A DNA stretch of 32,747 nt, taken from positions 1 through 32,747 of the forward strand of contig JBDRLB010000019.1 of the NCBI GenBank assembly GCA_043813365.1, written 5' to 3'. Every line of letters begins with the position of its first letter. Position 1 is the stretch's first letter. Source of the stretch: Candidatus Micrarchaeota archaeon. Its GTDB lineage: Archaea > Micrarchaeota > Micrarchaeia > Norongarragalinales > SBBD01. A program made the translations under genes and the position numbers. Shown here one piece after another: positions 27,086 through 32,747 of the stretch. Below the pieces are notes generated by a model, which saw only the letters and a list, made by a program, of their open reading frames with translations, had not been told where the DNA came from and made no database searches.

Positions 27086-28189
27086 TTACACTACGAACCC
27101 GAAAGCATCCTCGATGATTCCGGTTCCTTTTCCCCGTTCCTTGCCCCTGATGGTGAAATCCACCGTCTCGGCAAAATATTCGAGGTATTTGAACTTCCCG
27201 AATCCCCTGAAAGTGAACGGATGGGAAGAGTACGCCTTTGCAAACAGCGAATATTCCTTCCCGAATATGTGCCACCTGCTCCCGTCCTTTGTTTTTTCTA
27301 TGTTGAAATCCGGGAACTGCAGCGTCCGGCCGTTCTTCATGTCAACATATTTAGCCTGCGTCCACAATTTTATTTTTGCGGGTATGATCGGCGTGTAAAG
27401 CGCGAAGAACTCGAAAACGTTGCCATCCTTAAAATAGAACCTTCCCCAATTCCAGGGGATGAATGGCGAAGTGAGAATCACCTTCTGCAAATAGCAATTC
27501 CCGGAAAATGGCTTTCCGTACAGCATGCCCTTGAATTTGAAATAGAGGTTCACGAACCCATAGCCGTTGTTAGCCGCGAGGAAATTGATGATTTCATAGG
27601 GTTTGCCGCGTTTGGAGCGGTTTATTTCAAGGGAAATCCTGCTCTTCCCATTCTCCTCGAGTGCAAGATCGTATTGGGGATATTTGCCCTCAATTGAAAA
27701 ATCGTGCTTCCGGTTTGAGAATGAGAGTGAATTTTCCGCATCCGATGAAAATAAGAGGCTTTTTGCCCTCGAGTCAATCACTACCTTCTTCTTCCCGTCG
27801 AAGTACCAAACAACTGCCGCGCAGTCGGATTCGATTTTTGAATTCCCTCCTTTCAATTTCACCTTATTGATCTCCATTCCCGAGGAAGGCCTGCCGAAGG
27901 TTACTACCAGCTGCCTTTTGCTGCTATCATCCACGAAATACATGAACCAGTACTCCTTCCCGAAAGGGGGCAGGGATTCGAATTTGAAGAAGAAGTCGTC
28001 CGCCTTCTCATACCTATTCGTGCCCAGGAAGCGCGATAGTGTCCTGAGATTGGAGGAAATGATGCCTATAGCCTCCTTGGAGGCCTTCCTTTGGATATTC
28101 CCCAATTTCGGCAATTTTGATTGGTAATAGCTGAATGTTTTGCCGATTTTTTTCTCCAGCTTATTTACGGAGAATGGTAACAGGTCCAT
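27086..28189 (-). CDS. Hypothetical beta-rich protein, possibly AttH/CrtC/tocopherol-cyclase-like
   Basis: 367 aa with aromatic beta-strand pattern; KEYWFMYF near the N-terminus and WNWGRF mid-protein resemble the EWWYF and WDW motifs. Confidence 0.55.
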   Translation of the reverse strand: MDLLPFSVNKLEKKIGKTFSYYQSKLPKLGNIQRKASKEAIGIISSNLRTLSRFLGTNRYEKADDFFFKFESLPPFGKEYWFMYFVDDSSKRQLVVTFGRPSSGMEINKVKLKGGNSKIESDCAAVVWYFDGKKKVVIDSRAKSLLFSSDAENSLSFSNRKHDFSIEGKYPQYDLALEENGKSRISLEINRSKRGKPYEIINFLAANNGYGFVNLYFKFKGMLYGKPFSGNCYLQKVILTSPFIPWNWGRFYFKDGNVFEFFALYTPIIPAKIKLWTQAKYVDMKNGRTLQFPDFNIEKTKDGSRWHIFGKEYSLFAKAYSSHPFTFRGFGKFKYLEYFAETVDFTIRGKERGKGTGIIEDAFGFVV

Positions 28190-28274
28190 TTGGCACCGGA
28201 TCTAGTAACCGCTCCGATTTTTTAATGGTTTGGCTCCGCCGCCAAAGAAGGAATTTGATTTGCAGAATAAGAAA

Positions 28275-28534
28275 TGCAGGGGGGGAGATTTGAATTCGGG
28301 GACCGCACCGGATTGATGCAATCTCTCCCGCAGCCCTAAGGCACAGGGTTTCCTGGAGCCCTTTCTTTTTCCCGAAGCTTTTTCTTCCGCGAAGACTTAA
28401 CAAGTCTTCGGGGCCGTGAAGAACGGAGTTCTTCCCGGTCGGGAAAGAAAAAGGCTCTCCTAAGCCCTGCGCATTTGACCAGGTTGCAGCAAACCTCCCT
28501 TCAATGAAGGAAGGAACGCCTCTGCCACCCCTGC
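28275..28534 (-). tRNA. tRNA-Leu(TAG) with three introns (15/16: 28484-28519; 37/38: 28350-28458; 53/54: 28295-28324)
   Basis: Spliced product: GCAGGGG TG GCA GAGCCTGGTCAAA TGC G CAGGG CTTAGGA CCCTG long variable arm GGGAG TTCAAAT CTCCC CCCCTGC A. Each junction has bulge-helix-bulge geometry. Confidence 0.92.
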
Positions 28535-28585
28535 AGCAGCTACAATTAGGGATAGGGATATTTTAAACACTAATCGGACGGGGGC

Positions 28586-28984
28586 TTACTCCGTTGTTTT
28601 CCCGTCGAAATGCTCTTCCTTCGCAAGCGCATCCTTCTTCGTTTTGCGCAAGACCTTGTCCTGGTGCTCCGGAGGGGAATAAATAGTGTATAATTTCAAA
28701 TCGGTTTTGCCGACATTGATTACATTGTGCTCCGCACCGGAAGGCACGATTACGCCTGAACCGTCTGAAACGGGATTCCTTTTCCCATCAATCACGACTA
28801 CGCCCCTTCCCTTCTCAAAACGGAAAAACTGGTCGACATCGGGATGGGTTTCGCTGCCTATCTCCTCACCGGGTTTAAGGCACATCAGCACAAGCTGGGA
28901 ATATTTGCCGGTATAAAGCACTTTGCGGAAATTCGAATTTGCCAAAGTAGCCTGCCCCAAATTGGCATTAAATCCCCTCTTCAT
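28586..28984 (-). CDS. Cupin domain protein (mannose-6-phosphate isomerase-like family)
   Basis: FRKVLYTG..SQLVLM.L.PGEEIG.E.H...DQFFRFE.G.G, VPSGAEHNVIN, LKLYTIYSPPEH. ATG 28984 with GGAGGGGTG Shine-Dalgarno. Confidence 0.9.
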   Translation of the reverse strand: MKRGFNANLGQATLANSNFRKVLYTGKYSQLVLMCLKPGEEIGSETHPDVDQFFRFEKGRGVVVIDGKRNPVSDGSGVIVPSGAEHNVINVGKTDLKLYTIYSPPEHQDKVLRKTKKDALAKEEHFDGKTTE

Positions 28985-29033
28985 ACCAAACACCCCTCCC
29001 GCTATATGCGTAAAAAAAATAAAAATGGAAAAA

Positions 29034-30548
29034 TCAGATCTTCGGGAACATCGCATTCTTGTTCTGGTTCGAATCGACCTTTTCCCTCTGCAATATCGGC
29101 TTGTTGCCGCCGGAGCCCATTACGGTTTTGATTTCCATCTCCTTTACGTGCCCTCCGCCCTTCTTCCTGAATTTCAATACGTAGATTATGACGCCGATGA
29201 CCGATGCGACAAGCACAACGATCGCCGCCATTATGGTGGGGTCGTTCAGGTCGCTTTGCTTCGTCGGAAGGGTGTTTGCACGGTCGCGGAGTTCGTCCGC
29301 ACGCTTCGCGATTGCCTGGAAGTCCGCCACCTTCACTTCCGTCTGGTTCGCAATCCTCTGCCCAAGGATGGCCAAATCCTTTACGACATCAACGTACTTG
29401 TTATTGAGGTCGATGACTCGCGTATCGGTGTCCCCGAACTGCTTCTTCGCAGCATCAATCGACTTCTTCGACTCATCCACGCTGTGCAGGGTGTTGTTGT
29501 AGGCATAAAACAGCCCTTTGGGATCGTTTATCAGCGCCTCAAGCTCCCCGTATTTCACGTTCATTTGGTTGAAGTTGGCCGAGGCGGTCTCGAGAAGAGT
29601 CGCATTCTGGAGCCTTTCATTCGCGGTTTCAATTTCCGCCTTCTTTGCCTCTATTGGCTCGAATTTGACGTCCACCTTAAGGACGAGGTTCTTCGTCTTC
29701 TCCATCAGGTCGCGTCCGTTGGTCTGCAGCTCCTTTACGGATGCCACGTCCTTCCGCTTGTTGAACTCGGCAATGATTTCTTTTGCCTCGGAATTCACAT
29801 CGGTAATCTTATTGCGCATTGCCTGCGAGGAGAGCGATATCACATCATCCACCAGGGAATAATCGAAAAGGCACACGGGGTCCTTGTCCATGGTGTTCCC
29901 GAGGAAATACCGGTAGCCTATTGACGGGTCGTCCATGAATATGGTTTCATTCTTCGCGTTCTTTGCAGCCTCCTCGATCTGGGTCAACGCGCTTATTATC
30001 GCATCCTTTGTATCGGCAGTCCTCAACAGTTCCACCTTCGCCTTGTAAGCGTCCCATGCGGCCTTCCACCTAGCCCTCTGCGCGAATGCCAAATCGCATA
30101 CCCTTCCGGTCGCGGCATCGATGCACTTGAACTGGTACCAGAAAAAAGCATCCTCCACGTACTTGTAGAAATTGTTATGGCACAAATTGAACAGGTAATC
30201 GGACTGGTTGAACTTATCGAACAAATCCACTTTGCTCTGCTCGGTGAAGCCAGTTGCGCCGCTCACCTTGTAATAGTCCTTGAGCACTTCAACCAAAACG
30301 GCCTCGTTAAGAACGGGCGCTACCCTGTCATCAAAAACAACGGAATTCTTGTCATCAATTTGCAGGATGAAGTAGGTTTTCCCCGTTGTGGAAAGGTTCA
30401 TCTTGAAATAGGAGGCGCTTTCCCCGCGCATTATGTACTTTTTCGCTTCTGCGGAAATTTTGTCGTCAAGCGCATCGGCCGAAACCACGTTCGCAAACAT
30501 GGCAGCTATTAGCAAAAGAAGGGCAAACAGCCTGAATGTCGAATCCAT
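29034..30548 (-). CDS. Exported helical/coiled-coil protein with a C-terminal TM anchor and cytoplasmic tail
   Basis: Signal peptide ending VSA-D, long heptad-like helical region, TM IMAAIVVLVASVIGVIIYVL followed by KFRKK, and GGAGG Shine-Dalgarno. Confidence 0.8.
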   Translation of the reverse strand: MDSTFRLFALLLLIAAMFANVVSADALDDKISAEAKKYIMRGESASYFKMNLSTTGKTYFILQIDDKNSVVFDDRVAPVLNEAVLVEVLKDYYKVSGATGFTEQSKVDLFDKFNQSDYLFNLCHNNFYKYVEDAFFWYQFKCIDAATGRVCDLAFAQRARWKAAWDAYKAKVELLRTADTKDAIISALTQIEEAAKNAKNETIFMDDPSIGYRYFLGNTMDKDPVCLFDYSLVDDVISLSSQAMRNKITDVNSEAKEIIAEFNKRKDVASVKELQTNGRDLMEKTKNLVLKVDVKFEPIEAKKAEIETANERLQNATLLETASANFNQMNVKYGELEALINDPKGLFYAYNNTLHSVDESKKSIDAAKKQFGDTDTRVIDLNNKYVDVVKDLAILGQRIANQTEVKVADFQAIAKRADELRDRANTLPTKQSDLNDPTIMAAIVVLVASVIGVIIYVLKFRKKGGGHVKEMEIKTVMGSGGNKPILQREKVDSNQNKNAMFPKI

Positions 30549-30661
30549 CTAAATCGCCTCCGCTTGATTAGTCAGAAATCCTTTATAAATGTATTTTGAG
30601 CGATTTGGCGATCACGGAAAATATAAAAAGGGGAAAATGGAAAAAAAGATTTTTTCCCGGT

Positions 30662-32155
30662 CTATTCGGTAAGAAGCGGATTGCTCACCCTGCCCATGAA
30701 CAATATCGCCCCATTCGAATTGTCCTGAATCAGGAATATGAACGGGTGGTCGGCTGTGAAATCCGGGATCCGGACGGGCATTTCAACCGAAGTCATTCCT
30801 ACAATGATTCCGGTTGCAGCAGCAGCCTCAGTACCTTCCTCGTTCACCTCCACAAAAGCCTTATGGAAAGCGTCGGAAACGAAGAGATCCTTTTGGCCGT
30901 CAATGCCGGATAGGTCCGCGGTTTCCGAAAATGCCTCGCGAATCCCCATTGCCTTTAGTTGGCCCTTGAGATTGTAATTCTTCGTGAATTTGAATTTAGG
31001 CAGGGTAACAATGACATCCTTGGAGGCGAGCGATGTTTTCCACGCAGCCAGATTCGCCGGGTTGAGCTCCTTCTCCAATTCGCTTATGCCATTACCCTTC
31101 GGAAGCAGGATAAGCATTGAAAGGTCCTCCCCTTTGTAGTCCATATCCAGCATCTGCAGCTTTTCGTTCTCCATGTATTTGAAAATATCTGTTTTATGCA
31201 TCATGGAAACGACCCTCGTCTGTGTTGCATCCAATTTGAAATCACCATCCTCCGTCAATTTTTTGTCGAATTCCTCAACCCATGCACCCTTGAAGTAGAT
31301 GGCGTTTGTAATTACCAGCCGTGTTGACGGGTGTATTGACCCTTCAGGAAGCAGGTCCTTGATCTTCTCATTTGTTTTGCTTTCCACCCATTTGTTTATG
31401 GTATTCCTTGAGCCTTCCGCATCCGCCTTGAAATCGAGGTTGTTCGCCTCGCTGGAATAATAATCGATTGCAGCCTGCTTGTAATCCGGCAGTATTGCAA
31501 AGTCCTTCTGCATCCAAAGCGCGTTCGCGACATTGAGCTGATAAGATCCGTTCTTCGGAACCAGCCTTGCATTCAATGATTTGAAAGCGTCATGCCTCTT
31601 TGCGGCGTTGGGATCAAACCCGAACACGTTTTCAATTTCCTTTGCAGTATTCCCTTTTGCGCCCTCGTAAAGGATTCCGAAAGCCTCCGCCATGCTGAAG
31701 CCGGAAAAGAAGAGGTTGCCGGGGTTGCCCTTAATCTGGGAGTAGAAATCAAGCGTGAATTTGTTCGTTGCATCTGAAAGATCGGCATTTGAAGGAATTG
31801 GCGTTGCCGTTGTTTCCGGCGTAGGAGTCGGCGTAATCAAGCCCGTGCACCTCCAGTTGATTTCAGCTGTTTTGGTCTCCAGATTTACAACGCAAGCGGG
31901 CGAGCATCCCTCATGCCCTTGGACATTCATGCCTATCCAGTAGGTCCCGGTCATGGAGTTGCACCATATAACATCGGCCAGGATCCCGGATTCCATGCAA
32001 ACGCTTTCTGATGCGATTTTCATTGCTACCGCGCCAGTAATTTTCAAATCCGTTCCATCCTTAGTACAGGCAATATTTTCATCCGGAATTGGTTGCGTGC
32101 AACCGAACAAAATAAAAGCGCCAACAAGCAAAAATGAAAGTGCAAAATATTTCAT
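30662..32155 (-). CDS. Serpin (serine protease inhibitor) with lipoprotein-like signal and N-terminal Cys-rich domain
   Basis: NLFFS, INKWVESKTNEKIKDLL, NAIYFKGAW, LPKFK, hinge EEGTEAAAAT, FTADHPFIFLI, LFMGRVSNP. Start ATG 32155 (GGGTGA Shine-Dalgarno) with LFGC box. Confidence 0.95.
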   Translation of the reverse strand: MKYFALSFLLVGAFILFGCTQPIPDENIACTKDGTDLKITGAVAMKIASESVCMESGILADVIWCNSMTGTYWIGMNVQGHEGCSPACVVNLETKTAEINWRCTGLITPTPTPETTATPIPSNADLSDATNKFTLDFYSQIKGNPGNLFFSGFSMAEAFGILYEGAKGNTAKEIENVFGFDPNAAKRHDAFKSLNARLVPKNGSYQLNVANALWMQKDFAILPDYKQAAIDYYSSEANNLDFKADAEGSRNTINKWVESKTNEKIKDLLPEGSIHPSTRLVITNAIYFKGAWVEEFDKKLTEDGDFKLDATQTRVVSMMHKTDIFKYMENEKLQMLDMDYKGEDLSMLILLPKGNGISELEKELNPANLAAWKTSLASKDVIVTLPKFKFTKNYNLKGQLKAMGIREAFSETADLSGIDGQKDLFVSDAFHKAFVEVNEEGTEAAAATGIIVGMTSVEMPVRIPDFTADHPFIFLIQDNSNGAILFMGRVSNPLLTE

Positions 32156-32320
32156 ATCAATTTTCACCCAATAGTTAAAACCGGCGTTTAATAATACCTT
32201 TTCCAAATTGCTAGGCAAACGCTTAACTATCGCCTGCTTGAAACCTTTAAAAAAGCGGGCGGGCATAATTGTAGTCCATTCCCTAGACTAGAAATGAGTA
32301 GGGAAGATGTGAGTTTTTAT

Positions 32321-32576
32321 CCCGCAGTAGCTCAATCTGGCTGAGCGTCTGTAGGCCTTTTCACACGAAGAGGCATGACGAAACTGTAGTTCGGCTGACT
32401 TCACATGAAGTCGAATCGCTTACCAGAAATCAGAAGGCTGCCAGTTCAAATGCCCGCGACGGGGACACCTTGCCGGTTTCCCCTTGACCGGGCCGGTCGT
32501 TCCCCTTCCCAAAGAGGAACTTTCGGTCCGCCGTATATTTATTATCCGGTTTGGGCGGTAAATCTGGCCTGCGGGA
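32321..32576 (+). tRNA. tRNA-Tyr(GTA) with three introns (30/31: 32352-32382; 37/38: 32390-32428; T-loop, best fit 59/60: 32451-32562)
   Basis: Spliced product: CCCGCAG TA GCTC AATCTGGCT GAGC G TCTGA CTGTAGA TCAGA AGGCT GCCAG TTCAAAT CTGGC CTGCGGG A, a fully paired cloverleaf. Confidence 0.9.
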
Positions 32577-32609
32577 TTTTATATTTATGCTGCATTTGTT
32601 TGCAGTACT

Positions 32610-32747
32610 GCCTTGGTAGTGTAGTGGTCCAGCATAGGGGCTTGTCGTTGAGCCTCTTTTTCTTTCCAAAAGAAAAAGACCCTCGGGAGAACAAAGAAAG
32701 GGTCTTGATCTGCGAATCAGGAAAAGAGGTTCTGCAAACAGCCCTTG
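32610..32747 (+). tRNA. tRNA-Asp(GTC), 3' end outside the window, with a 92-nt intron at 37/38 (32648-32739)
   Basis: GCCTTGG TA GTGT AGTGGTCCA GCAT A GGGGC TT GTC G | intron | A GCCCT. BHB TTGT[CG|T]...GCAA[AC|A]. TTTTATATTTA box upstream at 32577-32587. Confidence 0.88.

Noticed and set aside
28161..28403. Short ORFs over tRNA loci (also 2023-2235 and 32430-32669)
   Set aside because: They overlap intron-containing tRNA genes and are spurious.
28923..29924. 333-aa plus-strand ORF
   Set aside because: It is antisense to the well-formed 504-aa membrane-anchored gene and the cupin gene.
32534..32545. TATA-like sequence inside the tRNA-Tyr T-loop insert, as the promoter of a split tRNA half
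   Set aside because: It would start transcription too late to include a pairing leader, and the pieces are collinear, so cis-splicing is simpler.
1974..32747. Integrated element at one of the tRNAs
   Set aside because: No integrase, transposase or duplicated tRNA 3' end was seen.

Overview
Archaeal chromosomal window, most likely a DPANN/Micrarchaeota-type genome (inferred from archaeal aRF1, PriS, archaeal-type PheS/PheT, GGTG/GGAGG ribosome-binding sites, TTTAWA boxes, and tRNAs carrying BHB introns and lacking an encoded CCA where the 3' end is visible). The left third holds housekeeping genes (NcsA/TtuA thiolase, aRF1, PriS, pheS-pheT-transaldolase) mixed with orphan ORFs. The centre and right are mostly cell-envelope genes: a 3189-aa Ig-repeat surface protein with a propeller domain inserted into one repeat, a 975-aa Cys-rich secreted protein, a membrane-anchored helical protein and a lipoprotein-like serpin. 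The most interesting material is non-coding. Four tRNA genes (Val-CAC, Leu-TAG, Tyr-GTA, partial Asp-GTC) carry eight introns, five at non-canonical positions. Three anticodon-loop introns share an element CTTTTTCTTT..AAAGAAAAAG..AAAAAGAAA with the symmetry of an intrastrand triplex. There is also a complete dual-guide box C/D sRNA whose D guide fits the 23S peptidyl-transferase loop. All calls come from reading the sequence by eye; no database search was run.
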